Source: Octopus vulgaris (lineage: Eukaryota). Taken from it: a stretch of 64,000 bases of DNA. Below are positions 1-13,322 of the stretch, one piece after another. Each line of letters opens with the position of its first letter. Position 1 is the first letter of the stretch. A program made the position numbers and the translations under genes. The notes below the pieces were generated by a model, which did not search any database, was not told the DNA's origin, and saw only the letters and a program-made list of their open reading frames with translations. Where the stretch lies: NCBI GenBank assembly GCA_951406725.2, contig OX597817.1:11408001-11472000 (forward strand), in the 5' to 3' direction.

Positions 1-371
1 ACAACATAACTTATTTTGTTTAGAAATACCAAATATTATGCTTTAAGAAATATGCCAGCCGAGGCAAAGCACCGGAAAATAAATAAGAGAAAACTGTCGA
101 GACTTTTATTTGTTTTTAATGCTTAATTCGAGGTGGGAGAGTAAATGACATACACCCCTGAGGATTGTTTGGAGTTCTAAGAGACACAGCATTTGGATAA
201 GATTACTAAATTTTGAATTGCTCTGAACTTTTAGAAGTGAGTTATTTTTCTAATCAAAGCAGAAGTGTGGCGGTAAATACAAGAGTTTCGACTTTCTAAA
301 TTCAAATCTTAAGTTCATGAAACTTTATATCTCATTCCAATATAATAAATAGTTATTTTTTTTTTTTTTTT

Positions 372-613
372 TATTGTTTCATTCATTAGATTGCAGTTAT
401 GCTGCGGAACCGCCTTAAATGTTTAGCTGAATGAACTGACCTCAGTACTTATTTTTTAAAGCCTGGTACTTGTTCTATCGGTTCCTTTTGCCGAACCGCT
501 TCGTTACGGAGACGCAAACACACCAACCCCGGTCGTCAAGCGGTGTCTGAGGTGAGGAGGCAAAAACAGACACAATCACACACACACACACGCACATACC
601 TATGTATATACAC

Positions 614-692
<79 letters not shown>

Positions 693-853
693 CGACGGGC
701 TTCTTTCAGTTTCTGTCAACCAAATCCACTCACAACGCTTTGTTCGGCCCAATGCTATCGTACAAGACACTTTCCTCATGTGCCACACAGTGGCTCTGAA
801 CCCGGAAACGTAGTTGGTAAACAAGCTTCTTATCACACAGCCACGCCTGCGCC
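372..853 (-). mobile_element. tRNA-derived SINE family A, diverged copy with internal (CA)n/(TA)n
   Basis: Colinear with the family A copies below (tail ...CATGCTGGAGCACCGCC-like, CCGAACCGCT, ACGGGCTTCTTTCAGTTTC, head ...CACACAGCCACGCCTGCGCC). Confidence 0.8.
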
Positions 854-1088
854 TGTCAGCAATATTTTTCATTATATTGACTGAACGTTTATATATATAT
901 ATATATATATAGTAAAAGTAATTAAGATTCAAGTGGGTTCTGTTGAATTCACATGAATGAGGTACTTAACTTAGATGCACCAGAAATCTATATGGTATTA
1001 TTATCTAAATCTGATTTTTATAGAACTATCCCGAATGTTTCATGAGTGTAGCCTCACCCCCTTAGATGTTTTGAGAACTCAGATGTTT

Positions 1089-1177
1089 TTTCGGCTGATG
1101 AGTACGGGCCACGTGTTTTTGCTGCAATATTTGCAGCCTTAATAAAGGTGTCTTCGTACGAAACAATTGTACCGAAA
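1089..1177 (+). ncRNA. Type I hammerhead ribozyme motif, canonical core
   Basis: Stem I TTTCGG(1089-94)/CCGAAA(1172-77); CTGATGA 1095-1101; stem II GTACG/CGTAC with internal GCTGCAA/TTGCAGC hairpin; GAAAC-AATT-GTA 1160-1171 (palindromic stem III, GUA cleavage triplet). Confidence 0.8.
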
Positions 1178-1196
1178 TATTGATCCATTTTTGTTG

Positions 1197-1248
<52 letters not shown>

Positions 1249-2268
1249 GAGAACATCTATAAGTAAGGCTATTTTCTGTGAATGAACTCTCTCAAAATTT
1301 CATTACTCTTAACTTCAGGAAGCAGTTTTACATGACAGTTTACTTCTTATTGAAGACTTTTCATGTTTCAAACTTTTTTTTATTGAGATATTTCAACTTT
1401 ATTGAGGCAACGTGACCTGCATAAAATACAGGATATTTAACACCATTATTGATGTAACCACGAAATTTAAATTCGAAATAAAAGGATTGTCCTTTACTTT
1501 GACAACACATTCATGCCAAATACTTAAAATGATATAGGAACCAGACTTATATGATATCCATGCCTTACCAAATGTCATTATCTCAGTGGAGATGAAATAA
1601 TGTTGGTTGCAGCGTCGTTTAATTTGGAAGTGCCATATCGTTTGGAATGTTATTAGAAACCTTTCCAGTATATTTAATAAACAAAATAACTTCAGATAAG
1701 AACTGTAATTACTGCCCAGACTTGGCATTTTGGGAAATGATTTCTTTCTTTATTTTCAAAAATGACCTAAGGGCTATAATACAAATGGGGTAACGCCAAG
1801 AATTTAGATAATTCACAGAGGTGGTAATGTACTAAATCTACTAAACATTAAAATGAAGAGTAAAACCTCTCATACTGATCTTGATAGCAGGTTAGCTATT
1901 AAGATCAGTATGAAACTTAAATTTTGAGCAAAATTAATTCCTATTATCTTATAATTGCTCCTCTTCTTTAACAGCCGCTAACAACTGACGCTAGATATTT
2001 TTTTTAATCTCGTCAATGGCTCAAATTTCAAGTCATTGAAAATTTTATTAGTACACCATTGAGTCCAACACCACCAACCTGAATTATTTAAATTTATGCG
2101 ATCTGAGTTATTTCCTTAAACACTCCCTTTCTATATTCATGCAAATTACTTCCGTCGAACGTTTTCGATACTCTTTTCAAATCATGTCCGTGGCTATCAG
2201 GTTGCCTCCAAACAAAGACCAGGAAAGTTTAATTTTCTTTGTAAATTACTATCAATAGTAATAGTATA

Positions 2269-2543
2269 GGCGCAGGAGTGGCTATGTGGTAAGTAGCTTG
2301 CTAACCAGCCACATGGTTCCGGGTTCAGTCCCACTGCGTGGCATCTTGGGCAAGTGTCTTCTGCTATAGCCCCGGGCCGACCAATGCCTTGTGAGTGGAT
2401 TTGGTAGATGGAAACTGAAAGAAGCCTGTCGTATATATGTATATATATATAAGTGTGTGTGTATGTGTTTTTGTGTCTGTGTTTGTCCCCCTAGCATTGC
2501 TTGACAACCGATGCTGGTGTGTTTACGTCCCCGTCACTTAGCG
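2269..2543 (+). mobile_element. SINE family A, 3'-truncated
   Basis: Head GGCGCAGGAGTGGCTATGTGG (A box), GGTTCAGTCCC (B box); ends at CCGTCACTTAGCG. Confidence 0.9.
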
Positions 2544-4070
2544 AGAAAACCTCATAGCCTACAATTATTATTTGTGCAGTTATAATATTTTATCGTGTAA
2601 GATGCATACCGTCAATGGAAGTGGTTTCAAATTGAAGTACTATTTATGCGATTGACTGAAACAAATTCTCTGGGGAATCCGGTTTATCTTTGCTGAAAAC
2701 AGCACCTTTGCTATTTCTCGTCATTTTACAACGTCCTGGTATTCAAATTACTAACACAAAGTATTGTATTATGTGTATACATTTAGATAATTAATGAAAA
2801 GAAAATTTAAGAACATTGCATGTAAGCTTTAAAATCCCTTTGGTATTTTATGGTATCCGAAACTTTTGACGTTAATTGTTTCATGCCTTCAACTAGCAAG
2901 TCATTTAGATTCGTTATCTCGTTTATTTATGAAACTGTTGATCTGTAAGAATGTATAACTTTTATCTTCATGTGTTGTAAAACTTTAGGAAATATCTGGT
3001 TTAATCTTAACTGTAATGTTATATGAATGCTATTTAGATTTTTCGTACGAATTGTAAATCTTAAAAATTTGTTTCTCTTTGTTAGCTTAATGAGGGGCAG
3101 TGTTTTATAGCCCTCTTTACCTCTCATAAAGCTCAACGAAGAATTCAGTGGGATGGGTTTTGAAGAGTTGTTTGTGTTCCTTTCGAATTATTTTAGTTTA
3201 ATTAATGAACATATTAGTTGAAGAGGAATGCGGTTAAGAAGAAGGATTGAGTAATATAATGATTGAATGTCTGAATAATAATATGCAAAGTAAAGATAAT
3301 TGGCTGATTAGAAGTTAGTATGTTAAAAAGGTTTTATAAGTGGAAACTGTTATACAGTCAACAAATTTTGCGTAATAGACAAATATCTTAAACCATATCT
3401 TTACATACTGATTTCAAATCCCGCTATCCCGCTGTGGTCAACTTTACCTTTCTGTCTTCCCGGGTCCATAAAATAAATTTCCTGACAAGTACTGCAATCG
3501 GTGGTACCAACTAATCCCCTCTCCTCCAAGCTGCTGTCCTTTTGACTAAATGAGAAACAATCATTACCCAAAGAACATTAAAAAAAGGGTTGGACAACGA
3601 TAGATTCTATAGATCGTCTTTCGGAACTAATGACTATTATCAGTTGATGTTGCATATAGTTATTTTCTGTAGGTAGCTTTGGTTGAAATAAGAAACCTAG
3701 TCATATGCAGATCTGTGTGTGTGATTATAAATGATTATTTATACTTATTCTTTAGTATTTGTTACCAATTTTTTAAAACTTGACATAAACCTAATTTGCC
3801 CATCATCATAAATTTATCTTATAACTGGAAGGTCGTAGTTATTTTCATATTACATAATCAGAATGGTAAACTGATTTAAAGGAAATAATGTTAGGCATAG
3901 CGTTCAGTTACGCTTAGTCTTCCCTACTGTTGGGCATAGTTTCCCAATAAAAATAAATAAAATCGACCTGTTTTTGTTGATACTTCAGTTTTACTTGACT
4001 TTTAATTCTAATGTTCTAATGCAAATCTGTTGTAACACTTTTCGAATTAATATTTCTAAAATGTAGTATA

Positions 4071-4272
4071 TTCTTTTCTACTCTAGGCACAAGGCCCGAA
4101 TTTTTTTTTAGATAGGGGGCCAGTCGATTAGATCGACCCCAATATGCAACTGGTACTTAATTTATTGATCCTCGAAAGTATGAAAGGCAAAGTCGACCTC
4201 GGCGGAATTTAACTCAGAATGTAACACGAAATACCGCAAAGCATTTCGCCCGGCGTGCCAGCTCGCCACCTT
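4071..4272 (-). mobile_element. tRNA-derived SINE family B with 12-bp TSD
   Basis: Core GAAAGGCAAAGTCGACCTCGGCGGAATTT; AAATGTAGTATA duplicated at 4059-4070 and 4275-4286. Confidence 0.85.
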
Positions 4273-5155
4273 ACAAATGTAGTATAATGCCTCTGCTTAT
4301 ATTACCTTGGGTTTTGTACAAAACATTCTTACCAGCAGGAAAAATTTAGTTATTCACAAATACTCTATTGCAATATTCTCTCATATGAAAAGCGCCATTA
4401 AATTTGTCGAGCAACGTTTGTCAAATTACCCCTGCTTTGTGGTGTTACGTAATGTTGAGAAATGTTGAAGGTCTAATTCCGAAATCACGTGACATCTTTA
4501 ATATTCCCGACATAGACTTGCATGCGTTTTTCAGAACATTTATACATTGATATTTGATACGTGGTACCGAATGATTGTAACTCTCGACACTTCATCCTTG
4601 AGTTACACCCATACTTGTATTTACAACAGTTTAAAATGTTTAAAAATAATTTTTGATAAACGTTTTTCTAAAAATCTACATATTAACTGAATGGAGAAAT
4701 CTAAACTAATTAGTACGAAACTGTTTCCCACCGGTTAGTATTTAAGTTAATTATTATATGGCGTTAAGAGATTAATACAGGAATTTTATCATGAACAGGA
4801 AGACAAATTATTGCCATATTAAAAAAATAAAACATGGTAAGTTCATAGAGCAAGGCGTCAAAATGTAAATTTCCACGACACAGTTTCAATTACTTCTCAA
4901 AGCCTATTCCTATTTTCAGTTTGGCGTTTTACCATTGAGAAAAATGTATGAATTCTACTCTCTCTTATTTTTACTTTCTTAACGTCTAAGATGTCTGTAT
5001 TTAACCATGAGGTAACAATATTAACTACAAATGAATTAAAATACCGAGTTCTCTGGGATTATTTGTTTCATTCAATTATGATTTAAAATGCTAATGCCTG
5101 AAGTTGGAAAGCTCCAGATCGCAATGCATTGCAATGTATTTTAAGCGGCAGAGAC

Positions 5156-5208
<53 letters not shown>

Positions 5209-6016
5209 CAGAGAGGGGGAAACAGGAAGGAAGAGAGAGAGAATGTGAGTTTTGAAAGTGAGGTTCCACCAGTGTAAAGTGCCATAAGATTCACTGCGGG
5301 AAGGGAAACTCTTTGGTGGCGTGATAAAGTTAGTTTAATGATAGATAATATCTATAATATATTAAAAATGAACTTCAATCTTGTTTGCTTGCTTGCAATG
5401 TTACACAGCCAAACTGGCGCAGAATGGCAAAATACTATGAATTAAGAACCCCTGAAATGTGAATACAATCGGAATAAAACAAGTTTGGCGTAAATCGGGC
5501 AACTGGTTCTTGAGATATTAGGGGTTTGGGGGTATAAAAATCCAAAACAGAACATAATAGGAAAATACTACGGAAATAACTTTACCCTGAAAGGGAAGAA
5601 ATTCTAACTGTTCGATTGGACACATTAGTGACATTAAATTGCCAACGAAAAAATATGAATTCTTTTTTACAACAAATGTTCCTATTTTCGCTTTTGTTAA
5701 ACACAATATTTTAATCATTTAGAAATATGTTTAAGTGGATGTGTTTTCAAAAATGTAAGTTGTTTGTACTGTAAATATCTACATTTTAGCTTTCCTTAAA
5801 CAGACAATATTTTAACATTTCTCTTAAAATTATTTTCAAGTGAATACCATTACAATGTTTTTTTGTTTTTGCATATCTAACAAATAATTCAAAGTGAAAA
5901 TGACTCTAAAAATACGGTAAATATTTCGTAAAAGGCTCGTTCGTAACCTCGGTGTGAAATAATTTTTTTCCATAGGTTTTTTCGAATGCATTGAACATAT
6001 CTCATCTCCAAACATT

Positions 6017-6113
6017 TAGCTGCTATTTCTAGCACGTCCTGCTACCACGTAACATCTATAAAGGACCCGGAATAGCTGTTACGTGGTGGCAGGACGTGCA
6101 AGAAATAGCAGCA
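6017..6113. repeat. ~40-bp imperfect inverted repeat (MITE-like hairpin)
   Basis: GCTGCTATTTCTAGCACGTCCTGCTACCACGTAACA vs TGTTACGTGGTGGCAGGACGTGCAAGAAATAGCAGC. Confidence 0.75.
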
Positions 6114-6559
6114 AAATTTTTCCTTCCCTGGGGAAAGGAGTCGTTTACTTGTCATTTCGATGTCACATTCGTTGCAAGCATGCGAAATAACCTGGAAAAA
6201 AAGTGGGGAGAGTTGTGAGAAATTCAGAGTTTCCCGAGAAAATCCGGGGTTCCCACAACACTTACCCTTTTCTTTTCCGGGAGAAACTGACTTGCGATGT
6301 GTTTGGAGGTGAGATACGTTGAATGCGCTCGAAAAAAAAACCTGTGGAAAAAATTAGTTCACACCGAAGTACGAACAGGTCCTTACGAAATATTTACCCA
6401 AGATCAGGACAGGCTTGCGAATAGAATGATCGATGAGACTGATAAAGCAAGGGTTGAGCGTCTGGTGGAACAGGGGGGAAAAAGACAGAAGCAGGAGAGA
6501 TCAGGAATTGGACGCTCAGAGAGCTGAGTGCCTGGCGAAACAGAGGGAAAAAAATAAAA

Positions 6560-6793
6560 GATTTTTTGCGAAAATCGGACCACCCGGTTAGCGAGATACG
6601 TGGTTTTGGGGGTACCTTTATAAATAGCCAAACCGGCATATGATGGGGGAAAATGCTTTTAAAGTAAGGTACCATTGAAATGTGAGTTCATACAGAATAA
6701 CAGAAGTTTCGTGTAAATCGGACCACAGATTCCTTAGATACGTGGTTCTTTCGGCTACCTTGAACTATTGATGACGCAACGGGTCATGGCTAG
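6560..6793 (+). mobile_element. Possible Helitron-like 3' end
   Basis: Two AAATCGGACCAC...AGATACGTGGTT subrepeats, then short hairpin TGAC-GCAACGG-GTCA and terminal CTAG/T. Confidence 0.35.
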
Positions 6794-6859
6794 TCTAGTA
6801 TACAAATAAAGCTGTATGGGACATATAGTTACATATAATTAAATACATATACACATACA

Positions 6860-6931
6860 GGTGCACACGTACATATGTATATATACACATACATACAAGC
6901 ATACACACACATACATACATACATACATACA

Positions 6932-6963
<32 letters not shown>

Positions 6964-7188
6964 CACATACATGCATACATATGCAACTCTTCATACAACA
7001 CATACACTGCAGAACAGAGAAGTCAGCTCACAGCAACATTTCTCCTAAAATTTCTTGAGGAAGGAGTCCTTAACTCGAAATATTGAAATACAATTTAGAA
7101 ATACAAACCATCGATTTGGGTAATATTTCTTGTGACTTGCATTGTTTTGTTTTTACAAATGCAACATATCTGTGCATGTGTATGCGCG

Positions 7189-7239
<51 letters not shown>

Positions 7240-7270
7240 GTGTGTGTGTGTGTGTGTGTACATATGCACA
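6860..7270. repeat. (CATA)n and (GT)n microsatellites
   Basis: Simple tandem repeats seen directly. Confidence 0.95.
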
Positions 7271-7308
7271 CATAGATCAGGAACAGTCCCGTTAATTTTG
7301 TCGTTATA

Positions 7309-7955
7309 ATGTTGGTCAAGTGCGTCCATGCTGCCAACAAAGCACGCGGAATTCTGTTCTTGATTCGACGGTCATTCGGAATGCTCACAGCAGCCATATT
7401 CCTACCACTCTATGTCACGCTGGTGAGACCCATTTTGGAGTACGGGATTCAAGCCTCTTCTCCTTATCTCCTCAAAGACATACAGCATCTCGAAAGAGTC
7501 CAGAAGCTGGCTACCCGCATGGTTCATGGTCTCAAAAATTTGTCCTACGAAGAAATGCTGAGGACGCTCGACCTTTATTCTCTTGAAAAACGCCGCCGCC
7601 GTGGTGATCTCATTCTCGCTCACAACATCATAAGCGGAAAGTGTAACATCTCGAAAAAGCTGTTCTTCACTCTTGCTCCAGAGCGTCGGCTGCGGGGTCA
7701 TTCCGAAAAGCTATACCTGCGACGATTTCATCTCAATCGAAGGAGAGGAGCTTTCTCCGTCCGGGTTGCGTATCCGTGGAACAAGCTGTCAGACGAGATG
7801 GTGAAGATGCCGACGATCGCTTTGTTCAAAGCCTCCCTGGACCTCAAGTGGCCTGAACTCTTTACATGAACACCACCCTGTACTTAACTCCATGTCCCCC
7901 TACATGGCCTTGCTATTTGATTTTGAAACAAATTAACTAACTAACTAACTAACTA
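7309..7955 (+). mobile_element. CR1-type LINE 3' end: ORF2 C-terminus, 3' UTR and (TAAC)n tail
   Basis: ORF 7309-7869 has LYVTLVRPILEYG, LERVQKLATRMV, SYEEMLRTLDLYSLEKRRRRGDLI and FSVRVAYPWNKL, typical of CR1-group ORF2; tail AACTAACTAACT. Confidence 0.9.
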
Positions 7956-8313
7956 AATCATCATACCAATCGCTTTGTTAAAAAATGTTTATAAAATGTT
8001 AAGGCTAACTCCATTCTGACAAGTTTAATGTGAGCTGCACAGACACAATCGCTATCGTCCATTTGCTGATTAGTTGATGTTAATTTTTGAAGTTTAATAC
8101 AATGCAATCATGAAAATACAGAAATTCTGAACCGATCAACAAACTCACAAACACACACGCATAAACGTATATGTGTACTTAGGGATGTATGTTTGTATGG
8201 TTTTCTGTGAGATATATTTTAGTTCTTTGTAGATATGCTGGTATATACACGCAATATAAAAACCAATGTATCTGTTATTTATAAAATAAAATATTTAGTA
8301 TATATTAGAGATA

Positions 8314-8722
8314 GGCGGAGGAGTGGCTGTGTGGTAAGTAGTTTGTTTACCAGCCACATGGTTCCGGGTTCAGTTCCACTGCGTAGCACCTTGGGCAAGT
8401 GTCTTCTATTATAGCCTCGGGCCGACCAAAGCCTTGTGAGTGGAGTTGGTAGATGGAAACTGAAAGAAGCCCGTCGTATATATGTATATTTATGTATGTG
8501 TGTGTATATGTTCATGTAACTGCGTTTGTCCCCCAAGCATCGCTTGACAACCGATGCTGGTGTGTTTACGTCCCCGTAACTTAGCAGTTCGGCAAAAAAG
8601 ACCGATAGAATAAGTACTAGGCTTACAAAGAATAAGTCCTGGGGTCGATTTGCTCGACTAAAGGCGGTGCTCCAGCATGGCCACAGTCACATGACTGAAA
8701 CAAGTAAAAAGTAAAAAAAGTA
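8314..8722 (+). mobile_element. SINE family A, full length
   Basis: Head with A/B boxes, internal microsatellite, tail CAGCATGGCCACAGTCACATGACTGAAACAAGTAAAAAG. Confidence 0.92.
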
Positions 8723-8943
8723 TAGGAGGGGATACCGAAAAGTTCCTGGTTTCAAAGGTTTCGCGAAAGGCCTGACTAGAGGCCCAACTTTCCGAATTCT
8801 TTTTTAGGGCGTAGAAAAACAGAAGGGCTGCTGCAATAAGTGTGTGAATCTGAGAGGGGAATAAATCGAATAAAATCATAATTAACTGATCCTTCTGTAT
8901 TTTCTTTCATATAAAGCCAGGAACTTTTTAGCATCCTCTCATA
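8723..8943 (+). mobile_element. mariner-derived MITE
   Basis: TIR-like GAAAAGTTCCTGG / CCAGGAACTTTT, TA flanks; interior encodes a mariner-like C-terminus (CNKCVNLRG); second copy at 10855-11468. Confidence 0.7.
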
Positions 8944-9095
8944 TTGTGTTAGTGAGAGACGTTGCTGATGTTTAACCCCGAGTCAGCTCTGATAAGATAC
9001 ACCTCATGATTAAAAGTGTTTAAAACCACGACCAGCATGTTTTTAAAAGGGTATTTAAGAATAAATAATCTATTGTATTATGTCTTTATTTAAGA

Positions 9096-9468
9096 CTAGC
9101 AGTATCGCCCGGCGTTGCTCGGTTTGTAAGGGAAACAACTATAAAGCATTTTTAGAGAGTTATAGCCAAAAAATAGGAAAAAAATTATGATAAATTTTTT
9201 TTGAGAGTTAAAAAGGTTGAGTTGCGTCCCCTAGACAGTCTGTGGTTTGTGTTTCTGATTCTCGACCCCATGTCGAATTTATCGATTTTTTTTCAGAACT
9301 GGGGGAACTTTTTAAAATTTTCGCTGCATTAGTTTTGAATTATGACATTGGGCTATGTGTGTGTCAAGTTTCATTAGAATCGATTGAAAGCCGTGGTCAG
9401 TGTGAGGGTACAACCTGACAGACACACAGACACACACACAGACAAACTGCCGTTTATATATAGAGAGA
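9096..9468 (-). mobile_element. Non-autonomous Helitron
   Basis: On the minus strand starts TC, ends with hairpin CCGAGCAACGCCGGG then CTAG; inserted between A and T; internal (GTCT)/(GT) microsatellite. Confidence 0.8.
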
Positions 9469-9679
9469 TGGCAGTGTGTTATTTCAATGATATTTGTCTC
9501 TTATTTCTATTAGCCAGATTGAGAGAATGAGAGAATTAGTGGTTAAGAAAGAGAAATAAAACGGGTTTGAGTGAATGACCGGAAGGGAGTTGGGTTCTGA
9601 TTAAATGAGTGACGTTTGAGAGAAAGAGCGATCTTGATTGGTTAATAGAGTATTATTCATTTAGTCTTACGATTTCTCA

Positions 9680-10195
<516 letters not shown>

Positions 10196-10784
10196 TGTAG
10201 GTATAAACGAGCGTATATGTAGGCGGGCAAATAGACACTTTTACAGGGAAAGAAAGAAACTAGAAATTCATCGAACAAGATGGAGCGGGTGATAAAGCTA
10301 GCCTTAGAATGTATAATAGCGTCAGAGAACGGAAAGAGTTAGCAAGTAAATGAGAAGTAAATACAAAGCAAGAGATGGGGGAAGAGAGGGAAGGAAAAAA
10401 GGTTACTAAATGGATGGTTGTGTTCTCTCGTGTTTGCTTTTATGTCGACACTATATATAAAAGAAATAAAGCAAATAGCATCAGAACACATTTTAGCTCT
10501 AATTACCGACAAGGGAAACTGTATTTATACTTGGCATCATGCCAGACTTGTTTTTCTTTTGATTTTGACCAAATCTTTCCATCAACGATCTTCCATGTTG
10601 AGCCCGCCTATTTATTGGGAAAGCAACACTGCGTACAAGAACATATGGCTTCTTGAAATAATACCTGAACGCTAAACTTCTCCTGTGACCAATATTTCTG
10701 GCAGACGTTTCAGGAAGCAGCGACATCATTTTAATATTAGTTTCTAATATAATGGGAAAATGCGTAGGAAATTACGCGCACGCG

Positions 10785-10829
<45 letters not shown>

Positions 10830-10854
10830 ACACGCACACAGACACAAACACACA

Positions 10855-11468
10855 TATGAGGTGCCTAAAAGTTCCTGGCTTTAAGGGTGTCACGAAAGGC
10901 CTGATTAGAGGCCCAGTCTTCCGAGTTCATTTACAGGGCTTAGAGAATCTGAGGGACCGCTGCCATATGTGTTTGAATCTGAGAGGGGAATATCTTTATA
11001 TATAAAAGAGAGGTTGTGTCTGTTTCCTACGATTTAGATTCCTAACTACTCCCACATTTTGCGGTGCAGTTTAACCAAAACCGGGTATCTTATAGTCGTG
11101 ATTCATATCGAGTCCTTCTGGGTATTACCGCGCGTCTACGATGAGTCTACGATTAAAAAAAAAAACATCATTTTTTTCCATTTTAATGCATTTTTTTCGC
11201 TATTATATAAGGAAAGTAACTCTCTAAAAATATCTACGATGAGTCATCGATTTAAAAAAGAAATTTACCATCATTTTTTTTCCATGTTTAATGCATTTTT
11301 TTTGCTATTTTTTGGCTATAACTCTCTAAAAATGCTTATATAGTTATTTCCTTTACAAAGCCGAGCAACGCCAGGCGATTCTGCTAGTGTTTAATAAAAT
11401 CATAATTAACCGATCCTCTTGTATTTCCTTTTACCCAAAGCCAGGAAATTTTCAGCAGACTCCCTTAT
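10855..11468 (+). mobile_element. mariner-derived MITE interrupted by a Helitron
   Basis: Both halves align to the 8723-8943 copy; split at GGGGAATA|TGTTTAATAAAATC. Confidence 0.75.
10993..11387 (+). mobile_element. Non-autonomous Helitron
   Basis: A|TC start, GCCGAGCAACGCCAGGC hairpin, CTAG|T end; last ~90 bp shared with 9096-9468. Confidence 0.85.
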
Positions 11469-11948
11469 ACATACTGCTATAAATATATATTTGAAGAGAC
11501 TGGAGTCAACAAGAAGGAGTACGGTTGGACAGTTATTTTTTAATCTATACAATTGTTTCCAATCAACGTGGCTCCCCCCAAAATACAGGTATTTGTTTAT
11601 GCAACTGTTTGTTTGTATAAGATCCAGTTGTGATTCCTCAAGTGATATTCAAATGTCGTCTCCGTTAGTTTAAAATCTTCGACTTCAAGGCCATCCCATC
11701 CGTCCGTCTTGATTTGAATTTAGCAGCAGCTGGTAGATACATGTTGTTTGCTGTCAGAGTTCGTTTGGTGGACTGCTGTATATGTTTATGTCCTTTGGCT
11801 GCTGGAGATATGTTAGAACAATTCTCTAAACTGATGCCGTCCATGTAAGAGAAACGTGCCCACTACTGGTTTCTTATCTCTGTAAAAATCTCTATACACG
11901 TCTTGATTGCCATTTAGTAATTCGAATACACCGTGTTGAGCATGTGTC

Positions 11949-12012
<64 letters not shown>

Positions 12013-12020
12013 ATAGAAGG

Positions 12021-12071
12021 AGCTTCTACAGGACTAGAACTGTTTCATTCAAAAGAAATCATCAGGAAGCT
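12021..12071 (-). ncRNA. Type I hammerhead ribozyme motif (U.U at base of stem II)
   Basis: Minus strand: AGCTTC-CTGATGA-T-TTC-TTTT-GAA-T-GAAACAG-TTCTAGTC-CTGTA-GAAGCT; 6-bp stem I, ACAG/CTGT stem III, GUA triplet. Confidence 0.65.
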
Positions 12072-12160
12072 TCCTGATGATTTCTTTTGAATTAATTTAC
12101 TCTGCTATGTATTGAGTACCTTATTTACTGTGGTTAACCCCGATTCAACCCGGGACCTAC

Positions 12161-12210
<50 letters not shown>

Positions 12211-12340
12211 TACTTGATGATTTCCAATCACGATTACAGTAGCGTACTCCAGTTGAATGGTAACTGTAAAACGTAGGTGTAAAAATCCAGGAATTGGTTA
12301 TTCAAGTCAGTCAGGAGGCCGGGGTCCCTGTGAGCGTGCG

Positions 12341-12653
12341 GTATATAAAGTTAATCCAAACATGAAAACACAAACAGAAAACCCAACAACGCGAGGACGT
12401 GGAACAAGTATAGTGTTATTGGACGCTCAGGAAAGGAAGTGACCGCGTGTGTATCGTTGGCGATTTTCTTTCTCCGTCTTCCTTCCTTGGACCTTTCCTT
12501 TTTCTATGTTTCTGACGAAGAGCTCCGCTCGAAACGTTAAATCCTCCTTCTTTCTTTCCTTTCCTGAGCGTCCAGTAACACTGTACGTGTTCCACGTCCT
12601 CGCGTTGTTGCGTTTTCTCTTTGTGTTTTCATGTTTGGATTAACTTTACATAC
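12341..12653. mobile_element. Penelope-like inverted-repeat remnant enclosing a minimal HHR
   Basis: 98-bp inverted repeats 12341-12438 and 12556-12653; CTGACGA-A-GAGC-TCC-GCTC-GAAACGTT at 12512-12538. Confidence 0.65.
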
Positions 12654-12920
12654 TTGATGGCGCTCTGAGTCGTCTCTCGCTTTGTTCATTATTGAGTAAT
12701 ACATTTTTTGATTAATACTCTGTTTTCCAACATATACACACATGTATATTCATGCGTGTACACACACACACACACAGAGACAAAAACACAAACGCACAGA
12801 CACACAGACACAAAAATACACATGTATGAAGAAGCTGCAACGAAATTCGTGCCAGGTTGCATCTGCAATTGCCCGTAATCTGTGCAGTGGAAACACGTGT
12901 AGGTCATAAAGACCATAATA

Positions 12921-13322
12921 ATACTCTCTCTTTTACTCTTTTACTTGTTTCCGTCATTTGACTGCGGCCATGCTGGAGCACCGCCTTCAGTCGAGCAAAT
13001 CGACCCCGGGACTTATTCTTTTGTAAGCCCAGTACTTATTCTATCGGCCTCTTTTGCCGAACCGCTAAGTGACGGGGACGTAAACACACCAGCATTGGTT
13101 GTCAAGGGGACAAACACAAACACATACACACACACCCATACATATATATACATATATACGACAGGCTTCTTTCAGTTTCCGTCTACCAAATCCACTCACA
13201 AGGCATTGGTCGGCCCGGGGCTATAGCAGAAGACACTTGCCCAAGATGCCACGCAGTGGGATTGAACCCGGAAACATGTGGTTGGTTAGCAAGCTACTTA
13301 CCACACAGCCACTCCTGCGCCT
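12921..13322 (-). mobile_element. SINE family A, near full length
   Basis: Family A sequence on the minus strand. Confidence 0.92.

Noticed and set aside
10505-10665. Possible minus-strand exon (TTCAG...GTAATT) with an open frame
   Set aside because: Weak acceptor, no recognisable protein, no partner exons found.
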